From a virus (Duplodnaviria > Heunggongvirae > Uroviricota > Caudoviricetes), in the IMG/VR virus record IMGVR_UViG_3300042892_001069: 64,000 nt of DNA; one strand, given 5' to 3'. The notes below the pieces were generated by a model that saw nothing but the letters and a program-made list of their open reading frames with translations, ran no database searches and had not been told where the DNA came from. Both the position numbers and the translations under genes were made by a program. Positions 52,379 to 60,695 of this stretch are shown piece by piece. Each line of letters starts with the position of its first letter. Position 1 is the first letter of the stretch.

Positions 52379-52542
52379 ACCAACTCCTCTACAATGCCCA
52401 ACACTTCTGCCATTATGAGGCAAACTCCTGCCATTAGCAAGTTGCCTGTAATCAGGCACCCGCCTGCTACAATACGAATAGCACTCTTTACAAGGCTAAC
52501 ATAAAAATGCCCCTTGCTTGTATCTTTAGGTTGTATTTCCAT
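52375..52542 (-). CDS. 55-aa membrane protein (not in ORF track)
   Basis: Translated by hand: MEIQPKDTSKGHFYVSLVKSAIRIVAGGCLITGNLLMAGVCLIMAEVLGIVEELV; GGAG RBS; ATGA-coupled to the clamp loader. Confidence 0.7.
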   Translation of the reverse strand: MEIQPKDTSKGHFYVSLVKSAIRIVAGGCLITGNLLMAGVCLIMAEVLGIVEELV

Positions 52543-52559
52543 AATCACTCCTTTTATAC

Positions 52560-52588
52560 ATTATACAGGTAAGAACAGGGCTAGTCAA
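52560..52588 (-). promoter_or_regulatory. sigma70 promoter TTGACT-17-TATAAT, -35 box in the loop of a hairpin
   Basis: Inverted repeat AACAGGGCTA/TAGCCCTGTT (52574-52598) around a TTGAC loop. Confidence 0.8.
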
Positions 52589-52616
52589 TAGCCCTGTTGC
52601 TCAAAGCAATTACACA

Positions 52617-53015
52617 TTAATAATGCGGACGCATAAAATCTTCTGGACTGTGAGTCGAACCGTGACTAGGAGTACTGTGTGCTCCGGAATAAAAATCATT
52701 TGGTTGTTCGTCAGTACTTAGAAGAATAGCCTTAGTATCGACTCGACGAATAACAAACTCATTGCCGTCATCTCCCCTAACAGTGACCCCGCGGGTCCAA
52801 CGACCGTGTTCAATTAGAATCCACTCTCCTACTTGGACATCCTTTTGGTCTTTACCAATAGCCCAAACTTTGCCCCAACGCGGTTTAACGCCTTCACTTT
52901 TTCCGTCGTCACTTCGGATAATAATGCCACCTGAAGTTTTTTGCTCTTCGAAATTCATGTCTGTAATTAAGACATTATCTCGAATTGGAATAAGTTTTCC
53001 TTGTACTACATTCAT
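52617..53015 (-). CDS. groES: GroES-like co-chaperonin
   Basis: LIPIRDNVLI...KTSGGIII...GKVWAIG...VQVGEWIL. Confidence 0.85.
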   Translation of the reverse strand: MNVVQGKLIPIRDNVLITDMNFEEQKTSGGIIIRSDDGKSEGVKPRWGKVWAIGKDQKDVQVGEWILIEHGRWTRGVTVRGDDGNEFVIRRVDTKAILLSTDEQPNDFYSGAHSTPSHGSTHSPEDFMRPHY

Positions 53016-53290
53016 TCGTTGCCCTCTGGATCTTGATCGACTACAGTTTTAGGTACAGGAGTACGTGATACTTGCTTGTCAGCAACAGCACCTGCTCCAG
53101 TTGGAACCGCAATTGTATCTTCAACCTTGCGAATAATTTTGCCACCTGGGCCTAATTCGTCGCCGCGAGCATTAACTTTTACGTTGCCCACTGCTACTGT
53201 CATTTCGTTTTGCATAACCAATTTAGTCATGTCAATTTCTTTACCTTGCATTGTACGGTAAACTGATCTTTGTTGTTCTTTCATTGCCAT
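53012..53290 (-). CDS. hypothetical protein
   Basis: YRTMQGKEIDM...AVGNVKVNARGDELGPGG; GAGG RBS. Confidence 0.65.
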   Translation of the reverse strand: MAMKEQQRSVYRTMQGKEIDMTKLVMQNEMTVAVGNVKVNARGDELGPGGKIIRKVEDTIAVPTGAGAVADKQVSRTPVPKTVVDQDPEGNE

Positions 53291-53316
53291 ATTAATCTCC
53301 TCGATTATACTAGTAC

Positions 53317-53826
53317 TTATCTCAGGAATTCCTGCCAGTCTAAATTATATTTGACTGAATCTATTTCGTGTACTCCTAGCAAGAATAGCACAAAACTAGC
53401 CACGCTAGATCCACGTCCTACACCCCAAACTACGTTATTTTCGCTACATGTATCAACAAAATGCTTAATCCATTGTAGTAATGAAATCATACCCCGTTGT
53501 TTGTAAGCAGTGATTTCTGCGGTAACACGGTCACGTTCAGTATCGGTATTACATCTAGCAAGACAATAATCTTCAACATCAAACTCTAAGCATTCTTTTG
53601 GCATAAACCAATCACTTTGTAGTGCTTGGTCAAAATCCTCAATTGCAATTTGATTTAATTGTTCATTAAACCGATTAAATTCAAAACCAGTGGTCCTTTC
53701 CAATTGTTCAATATCGTCAGCATAATCTACAGTAACTTTTTTTAGATTAGTTAGCTTGCCCTGATAAAGGACTTTGAATATGTCTTGTGAATTGAAAATA
53801 GGATTACCGAATTGATCTAGGCGCAT
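53317..53826 (-). CDS. stand-alone fragment of DNA polymerase III alpha (DnaE) palm region
   Basis: RV..EI..Y...GM...WGVGRGSSVASFVLFLLGVHEIDSVKYNL..QEFLR aligns with DnaE GPGRGS...IDP.KYDL.FERFL; stops before the PDID catalytic motif. Confidence 0.8.
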   Translation of the reverse strand: MRLDQFGNPIFNSQDIFKVLYQGKLTNLKKVTVDYADDIEQLERTTGFEFNRFNEQLNQIAIEDFDQALQSDWFMPKECLEFDVEDYCLARCNTDTERDRVTAEITAYKQRGMISLLQWIKHFVDTCSENNVVWGVGRGSSVASFVLFLLGVHEIDSVKYNLDWQEFLR

Positions 53827-53833
53827 AGCCTAT

Positions 53834-53862
53834 ATTTTAACTTACATTGATCAATTTGTCAA
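53834..53862 (-). promoter_or_regulatory. sigma70 promoter TTGACA-17-TAAAAT
   Basis: Lies within the last codons of 53837..54067, directly upstream of the DnaE fragment. Confidence 0.65.
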
Positions 53863-54067
53863 GATCTTTATTACGAGAATTCATCATTTTTTCGTATTCT
53901 CGAAGCCTGCGGTTCGCCATTTCTGACTTATAAGTATCTAGCATCATAGCAACTTGTTGCTGTAGCTCAAAATTGTGTGTGCTAAAATACTTACGAGTTA
54001 AGTCGTTAATTTTGGATTCAATTTCTGAATCCTTAAATTGCGATAGGTCACCGGCTAATGGATGCAT
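53837..54067 (-). CDS. hypothetical protein
   Basis: 76-aa helical ORF. Confidence 0.6.
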   Translation of the reverse strand: MHPLAGDLSQFKDSEIESKINDLTRKYFSTHNFELQQQVAMMLDTYKSEMANRRLREYEKMMNSRNKDLDKLINVS

Positions 54068-54070
54068 ATA

Positions 54071-55933
54071 TTAAGCAAACACTGCGCCATTATTTCCAAC
54101 ACAGAACCATTTGTTATTAATGTATTGTAATAAACAACCTTGTCCAATAGTATCAAGTAGTATTGTGCCAGCGCCGCCCCATCCTGGGTTTACTACAGAA
54201 ATAGTCATAGTACTATCACCAGCGGTGTACATAAACGCCTTGGTTTGACCATCCTTGCCTTCCATTAATGTAGCAGTGGCAGGTGTTGTGGTAGCAGTAA
54301 AGTATGAAGCTGTTTTTGCTAAACTTGCTGCCGCTCCGGAGACTAAATTTTCACTTCCTGTAAAATAAAATCCGCCAACACTTACTGGATATGCGGCACC
54401 CAATAGAGATGTGTCAAGCATCCCGCCGCCTTCTAGGCCGTATAAGAATAGTATCTTTGGAGTGTCTGAGCTTACTCGCAATTCAATATATGCCCCTACA
54501 GTTCCAGCAGTGCCTTGAATAGTTACTCCTGTGGTGTACGGAGTTATTGATGATGGTACTGATGTATCAGGCGTTGTTGAAAAACGTAATGGTGCTTGAG
54601 CGTTACTAGCGTTGCTTAGATTGAATCGATATTTTTTACCTGGAACAAGTTCTATATCAAATTCTGCTCCGCTATCTGTTCTTAACGCAACACCGTCTAA
54701 GAAAAATACTTCTTGTGTTCCTGAACCGTTGTCATCAATAGTAACAGCATATTCAACTAGGTCGTAGTTGTTAGTCCAAGTAGATGTACCGGCGTCGTAT
54801 CTTAAAGCATCACCGCTAGCCGGTAATACAATATTAACGTCAGTAACATCATTAAGATTGTTATTACTGTTTTTCCATTCAGTGCCATCGTATTTTAAAA
54901 TTTGATTAGCAGTTAACGCAGTAGCAGTGTCAACGTTAGAAATATCATTAATGTTAGCAATAGTTATACTAGTTGTGGATAATGACGTATTACCTTCAAC
55001 TGTAAGATTTCCTCTAATTACTACTTCGTTTGTGACAGTACTGCCCAGTACAACGTTGCCACCCACGTTTAATCGTTTATTAACGCCCACACCGCCGGCA
55101 ATAATTACAGCGCCAGTTGTTTTAGAAGTTGATTCAGTAGTACCTGCTACATTTAAATTTAATCCAATATTGGCACTCTTAGCAATTCCAACGCCACCAC
55201 TAAGTTTAACAGCGCCAGTAGACGACGAAGTTGATTCAGTTGTACCAGTTGCGTTTAAAGTTCCGCCTATGGTTACGTTACCAAAAGAAGTAATTAATTC
55301 ACCAAGTGTAGTATAATTTCCAATGACACGCATGAATACAGTGTCACCGTCGTACGTCCAAACATCGACTACTGTATGAACTGGATCAGTAACTCCTGGA
55401 GTATACCCAGTCAATGTAACTGTTTGGTTTACTATACCGTTTGATTGATCAAACACTACGGACCCGCCGCTATTTGAGAATTGAACAGTCCATGCGCTTA
55501 AGCCATTACTTAATAAATGAATACGCATACTAGTAAATTGTACTGGAGTATTTCTCCAATTAGCAAATGTAATTAATGAATTTTGAGATATTTTAAAAAC
55601 TTGTAGCGCACCAGAGTTTTCAGAAACGCCACTAAAGTGAATAGTATGTTGATTACCGGTAAACGTAGTTTCCCCAGCATCTGGAACTAAACCGTTAAAG
55701 TTGCTGTATAATCCATTCTTAATGGTACTACCTAACAAGTCGTTAGCAACAGTATCAGTACCATCTAGTGTTTGTTTTAATACTGATTTAAGTTGTAAAT
55801 CAGTCAAGTCTGCTTGAGCCTCGCTTAACGAAGCTTTAATTGCGGCAAAATTTCCACGAAATCCCTCGCTGTCGTTATCCTGGCCAGCAATTGGAAATGA
55901 TTCGTTAATTGCGGCGTAATTTAAATTGCTCAT
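54071..55933 (-). CDS. tail fibre/baseplate-associated protein
   Basis: FPIAGQDNDSEGFRGNF N-terminus, repeated TTESTSxxTGA(V/I)xxxGGVG beta-units, D/N-rich repeats. Confidence 0.65.
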   Translation of the reverse strand: MSNLNYAAINESFPIAGQDNDSEGFRGNFAAIKASLSEAQADLTDLQLKSVLKQTLDGTDTVANDLLGSTIKNGLYSNFNGLVPDAGETTFTGNQHTIHFSGVSENSGALQVFKISQNSLITFANWRNTPVQFTSMRIHLLSNGLSAWTVQFSNSGGSVVFDQSNGIVNQTVTLTGYTPGVTDPVHTVVDVWTYDGDTVFMRVIGNYTTLGELITSFGNVTIGGTLNATGTTESTSSSTGAVKLSGGVGIAKSANIGLNLNVAGTTESTSKTTGAVIIAGGVGVNKRLNVGGNVVLGSTVTNEVVIRGNLTVEGNTSLSTTSITIANINDISNVDTATALTANQILKYDGTEWKNSNNNLNDVTDVNIVLPASGDALRYDAGTSTWTNNYDLVEYAVTIDDNGSGTQEVFFLDGVALRTDSGAEFDIELVPGKKYRFNLSNASNAQAPLRFSTTPDTSVPSSITPYTTGVTIQGTAGTVGAYIELRVSSDTPKILFLYGLEGGGMLDTSLLGAAYPVSVGGFYFTGSENLVSGAAASLAKTASYFTATTTPATATLMEGKDGQTKAFMYTAGDSTMTISVVNPGWGGAGTILLDTIGQGCLLQYINNKWFCVGNNGAVFA

Positions 55934-58707
55934 ATTGTTATCCTATCGTTTCTAAATATAAGGTATTTATCCCCTATCTCGTCACCAACTGCATCAATTA
56001 TATATCGATCAGAGGTGTAGTCTAATAATTTAAAATCAAACCCACTAAACTTGATGTTTAATATTATGTCATCCGCCGTTCCTACTTTACAATAACACAG
56101 CGGAACAGCTAACTGGAAATCTAGTTCCTGTCTTGCGCCCGGCTGAATACTGCGCATCCATAACGGCAAGTAGTTGCGTTCTAATTCTAATGGTATTTGA
56201 TTACCGGAGTTGTCTATCCTGTAACTTGATTTAATGCGGTCTCTCCACAAAGAAATACTATTAGGATAATATGTACCTAAATTTGGGTTTGATATTTCGT
56301 ACCCGTCTTGGTCAATACTTAATGTTGGATCAGGGCGATTTGCAGAGTTACCAACTTGTTCCATACGAGCACGTTTTACTGCTGCCATAGGATCACTTAA
56401 ACTATATCCCGCTGACCATATGTCGTTGTTTGTATCAATGGTTATACTAGAAGATCGTAACCCTAAATTCTTTATAGAATTAGGAAGCACATTTCCGTTT
56501 GGTTCTAACGGGTCAACCATTTGTACGTATACAACTTCGTATACCTCGTCGCGTGTTCCCGGAATAATAGCAGTAGCTTTTTTAACAGCACCAAATTGGA
56601 ATCTCTTGCGTTTATGATTTAGCCCCATGGCTGACACATAGGCTGCAGCCTCTGTAGTTTCAATCCCGGCAAATATCAACATTGATAATTCTTGCTGAAT
56701 TCCAAAGTTTTCGTCGTTTGGTCTGTAAATACTTTCTGGAGTAAACACACTAGCACTATTAATAAACCCCTTCCATCTTGCCCGTTGATCTAATTTTAAG
56801 AACGGTTTAGTTCTTAAGTTGCCGTATACTGCTCGATTTGGAGTGTCTACAGTAATTGAAAACGTTCTAGTAGTTGCGCTATACCCAAATTGATCTTTTG
56901 CTTCGACTGTAAATACAAATTTACGATCTATAGTAGTTTCGCCATTGTCAAATGACGTAAACGTCTTTGTAGAAACTTGTGGCGGTTGGTCAAAGAATCT
57001 AGTAAGTCCTGGATTGCCAGGTTTATAGAATTGATTGGCCTTGCCAATAATTTCTCCATCTTGTGTTAGACCTAGGCCAGGTGGCAGACTGCCACTAATT
57101 TTTGAATATAATACTGTTGCGCCTGATATACTAGTAGCGGCTTGTACTTTTAAAGTAGACACAAAGTTAGCATTGATTGAACCTAAATCAAGAGGAGTGA
57201 TCCAAGTTATTACACTTTCTACTTCACCGATTATACTGACCGTAAATACTCTCGGTGATCGTGCGTATTCACCTTTATCAGAAAATCTAGTTGCGGTTAT
57301 AGTAAATTTGTAATCTTTAGTAATTGCTGGCTGGTAAGGTGAAATACCATAAATTTCACCAGTAATGATATCAAAGTTTAAACCAGGAGGCAGTTGACTT
57401 AAATCACCGATAAAGAATGTAATGCCGCTTGGTAATGATAGTTGTAACGGTTGTACAACAGTAAGTCGATATTCGTTATTGCCTAATGACGCTACATGTG
57501 ATATTTGATATTTTCGGTAGTCAGGTGCCGCTATAACTTCTTCAGTTAACGGATCAGTGATGGTGAACAATCCGCCAAACGTTAACCATTGTCCAATTAC
57601 TGGAGCAATTTGCGTATTTGTTATAGTGATACTGTAACCATCAGTTTTATTATCAGTGTAAATTTTACCTAAAGTAACTGCTGAAATATCACTGTTTATT
57701 TCTTCTAATGAATAGATAACTTGATCTGTGTCGTAGGTATCTAATATTAATGTTATATAATTATTTGCTCTGTACAACCCAAGATTGCGTTTAGTGAGCC
57801 ATATTGGCGCACGTAAGTAAGTAGCATCTGCTGTGAATAAACTTGTACCGTCTAACAACGAAACGTTGTCTGATCTAAAATAATCATCCCCTACTACAAA
57901 AATTGCAAATTTTCTTTTTGATCTATACTCTGTACGCGGCATAGTAGTGCCAGTAGTTGGATTAGTAGTATAGGTAATAATAGTTTCTGGAGTAACATCA
58001 CCGTCAGTGATACTAACTACAAATTCGTAATTTCTATTAAGTTTTTTTGGTCTTACTGCAGGTACACTGTAATCAAAAAATACAGTATCGTAAATATAAC
58101 TGTCGTAACCATTTGTCGGACGTGATCCAAAATCAAACGCAACAGAATCGTAGTACCCGTCATCATACGTGCCTGCTCCGTCTTCGGGCTTAATTGATAC
58201 TGCAGGTTCCACCAACCCTGTGATTTTACCGTCGGGTGATAATGATAATCCTGGAGGTAGTTGTCCGTCATTATCGGCAATAAAGAAACTTAATCTTTGC
58301 CCAGCCGCAGTGTCTCGGTCAAATGCCTCAATTTGAAAATCTACGTAACTTGAGTCCAATACAAAATATTGAAGCTGATTAGTGTTGATGGCTAACGAGC
58401 CAGATGGTGTAATAAATTCGGGAGCATCGGGCCCTTGGATAGTTATAAAAAATGTTCTATCTGATATTTGCCCGTTTTTTTCTGCTCTAATACAAAATTC
58501 GTAGGTAGTGTCTCTAGAAACTTCGTATGGAGTTCCTACAATTTTTAATCCTGAAATTCTAAGACCGCCGGGAAGTTTTCCCGATATGACTCTAAAATTA
58601 GAAACACCTGCTGATAGATCAACAGGTAAATTAAGTTCTTGAGTAGACCTTTCTTGGAATGTTCCAAAGGAGTATCCTGATAGTGCGGTCCATACTACTA
58701 GTGCCAT
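55930..58707 (-). CDS. baseplate wedge protein with Ig-like repeats
   Basis: Repeated G.LPPGL.L...G.I.G Ig-like units; terminal DKYLIF. Confidence 0.7.
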   Translation of the reverse strand: MALVVWTALSGYSFGTFQERSTQELNLPVDLSAGVSNFRVISGKLPGGLRISGLKIVGTPYEVSRDTTYEFCIRAEKNGQISDRTFFITIQGPDAPEFITPSGSLAINTNQLQYFVLDSSYVDFQIEAFDRDTAAGQRLSFFIADNDGQLPPGLSLSPDGKITGLVEPAVSIKPEDGAGTYDDGYYDSVAFDFGSRPTNGYDSYIYDTVFFDYSVPAVRPKKLNRNYEFVVSITDGDVTPETIITYTTNPTTGTTMPRTEYRSKRKFAIFVVGDDYFRSDNVSLLDGTSLFTADATYLRAPIWLTKRNLGLYRANNYITLILDTYDTDQVIYSLEEINSDISAVTLGKIYTDNKTDGYSITITNTQIAPVIGQWLTFGGLFTITDPLTEEVIAAPDYRKYQISHVASLGNNEYRLTVVQPLQLSLPSGITFFIGDLSQLPPGLNFDIITGEIYGISPYQPAITKDYKFTITATRFSDKGEYARSPRVFTVSIIGEVESVITWITPLDLGSINANFVSTLKVQAATSISGATVLYSKISGSLPPGLGLTQDGEIIGKANQFYKPGNPGLTRFFDQPPQVSTKTFTSFDNGETTIDRKFVFTVEAKDQFGYSATTRTFSITVDTPNRAVYGNLRTKPFLKLDQRARWKGFINSASVFTPESIYRPNDENFGIQQELSMLIFAGIETTEAAAYVSAMGLNHKRKRFQFGAVKKATAIIPGTRDEVYEVVYVQMVDPLEPNGNVLPNSIKNLGLRSSSITIDTNNDIWSAGYSLSDPMAAVKRARMEQVGNSANRPDPTLSIDQDGYEISNPNLGTYYPNSISLWRDRIKSSYRIDNSGNQIPLELERNYLPLWMRSIQPGARQELDFQLAVPLCYCKVGTADDIILNIKFSGFDFKLLDYTSDRYIIDAVGDEIGDKYLIFRNDRITI

Positions 58708-58720
58708 GAATAATCCTAAA

Positions 58721-60112
58721 TTAGTTTAATGCTACCCAACCACCTGTAGTTCCGTCAGTGTTACCTTCAAATTTACCAGTAGTAGTATTGAATATAATCA
58801 TGCCAATGGATGGACTAGGAATAGCAGTGTCTCGCGCGGTGTTATCAGCAAACACACCAGTTTTTATTGCTACACTAGCGTTTACTGTTCCTGTTACCGC
58901 AAGTACCCCGTTAGTGGTTGTTGTACTGTTGTTGATTTTTACCACAGAAGTTAGTGTACCGCTGGAATTTCTAACACTAACAGTCAACGCACCTGGCACA
59001 ATATTAGTAGAAACTGCGCCGTCAACGCTAGCTGTCATTAATACACTACCTACAGAAGTTGTACCGTCATATCCGCTAAACGAAAAATCAAAAAGATCGT
59101 CACCGTTCTGAACTGTGGTCGGTACAGCATATGTACCACGGCCTCTTTGAACGCTAAAGTTCTGTCCGTCTTGTCCGCTAAAGAATGAATTTATACCAAC
59201 TACTGAGTTACCAAAGAAACTTGTTTGTGGATTAACAGTCGATGTAATTAATAGCTGACCAGTACCGGTGTCTGTTGCTGAAATATACGGGCCAATAACA
59301 GTCATACCAGTATCTAATACTCTTAGATTATTACGCAGTATTCCATCGGTGCCTGTGGTAAAAATATTAATACTTGATGGAACTACATTATTTGACACAG
59401 TTTTAAATGCGTTGGATGTAATTTGAGAAGCAAGTATATATTGATCGCCGTCGTACCCTTGAAAAATAACACTGCCAAGATTGTCTTGACTGACAATAGT
59501 TGTTGGTGAGGTGTATGTTCCTCGAGATTTATTAAAAGCTATAGAATTAGCAGTTGATGTGTTTACACTAGTGTTAAGAGCTATTAACGCTCTAGGACTA
59601 GTGCCGGCAGTCATTTCAAAAGCACCGTTTTCAATGTTTAAAAGATTTGTAGTCTCATTCCATGTTAAACTTTGAGTACCAGACACTGCTGTACCGGTAG
59701 CTGAGTAATACGCAAGACCGCCACCGGTTCCGCTGTTAATAGTACCACTGGCTGATACTACTGCGTCAATTCTGTTTCCACTATCTTGCGGAGTGGTATT
59801 GTAGGTAAAGGTAATTCCAGTGTGAACACCCGCAACCAGTGCCGCCGCAACATCGTCTTGCGCTCGTTCAGCAAGATAATATTTGTTAGTTACGCCTTCT
59901 GCAATGTCGTTAGTATCTAGTACTATTGCGCCAGATTCACCGTTAACACTAACTACTCTAACAACAGGAACGCCACCGGTAGTAGATCCATCACCGATAT
60001 ATAACGGGCTAACCTGCGCTGATAAATTATCAGTTACATAGACTAGTTCTCCCGGTGCTAATGGAGTTGTTGCTCTTTGAGAGTTTATCCCTCTTCTTAA
60101 TTGTAATGCCAT
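58721..60112 (-). CDS. tail fibre protein (Mtd-N-like start)
   Basis: MALQLRRG...LAPGELVY...LYIGDG N-terminus; twice-repeated RGTY..PT.V...D.L unit. Confidence 0.65.
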   Translation of the reverse strand: MALQLRRGINSQRATTPLAPGELVYVTDNLSAQVSPLYIGDGSTTGGVPVVRVVSVNGESGAIVLDTNDIAEGVTNKYYLAERAQDDVAAALVAGVHTGITFTYNTTPQDSGNRIDAVVSASGTINSGTGGGLAYYSATGTAVSGTQSLTWNETTNLLNIENGAFEMTAGTSPRALIALNTSVNTSTANSIAFNKSRGTYTSPTTIVSQDNLGSVIFQGYDGDQYILASQITSNAFKTVSNNVVPSSINIFTTGTDGILRNNLRVLDTGMTVIGPYISATDTGTGQLLITSTVNPQTSFFGNSVVGINSFFSGQDGQNFSVQRGRGTYAVPTTVQNGDDLFDFSFSGYDGTTSVGSVLMTASVDGAVSTNIVPGALTVSVRNSSGTLTSVVKINNSTTTTNGVLAVTGTVNASVAIKTGVFADNTARDTAIPSPSIGMIIFNTTTGKFEGNTDGTTGGWVALN

Positions 60113-60126
60113 ATTCTTCTCCTACC

Positions 60127-60642
60127 TTAAAAGGTTCCTAAATCAAAAGTACTTGTAGTCGGAGCAGTAAATGTTCCAAAATCACCAAAGTTTGCGTTCA
60201 ATGCGGTTTGAATTTGATTGTTAAGCGTTCTAACATCAAAGCCCCATACCGTTGCTCTGACGTCACCACTTGCGCCTGGGCTACCTGCTCCAATGACATT
60301 ATAGCCATTTAGGCTCAAACTACCACCCAGTGTAGGACTAGTATCAGTTGCTACCTCTACTACTGATGCTATATTAATAGTAGTAGCGTTGGCAGTTAGT
60401 GAAATTCCCGAGCTTCCTGTTAATGTTTTAAATTTTAATTTATTATCAGTATAACTAGCAAATATTGCAGTACCGCTACCAAGATTTTCGCCACCTACTC
60501 CGGTAGCAAACGTAGCATTGATTAAATCAAATGTGCCGTTAACTTTAGTAAACGCAGTAAGTAAATCATCACCTGTACCGTCGTTAGGGTACTTGCCTAA
60601 TTTTAGTTTTAAATTGTCTGGTATTATAAAGCCGTTTGCCAT
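60127..60642 (-). CDS. T4 gp9/gp10-like baseplate protein
   Basis: LGKYPNDGTGDDLLTAFTKVN signature; CTAAATA upstream. Confidence 0.65.
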   Translation of the reverse strand: MANGFIIPDNLKLKLGKYPNDGTGDDLLTAFTKVNGTFDLINATFATGVGGENLGSGTAIFASYTDNKLKFKTLTGSSGISLTANATTINIASVVEVATDTSPTLGGSLSLNGYNVIGAGSPGASGDVRATVWGFDVRTLNNQIQTALNANFGDFGTFTAPTTSTFDLGTF

Positions 60643-60695
60643 GGTTTTCGCTCTCTTTTAAGTATTTAGCTAGTTTGCCGTTGCTGGGCAATAGG

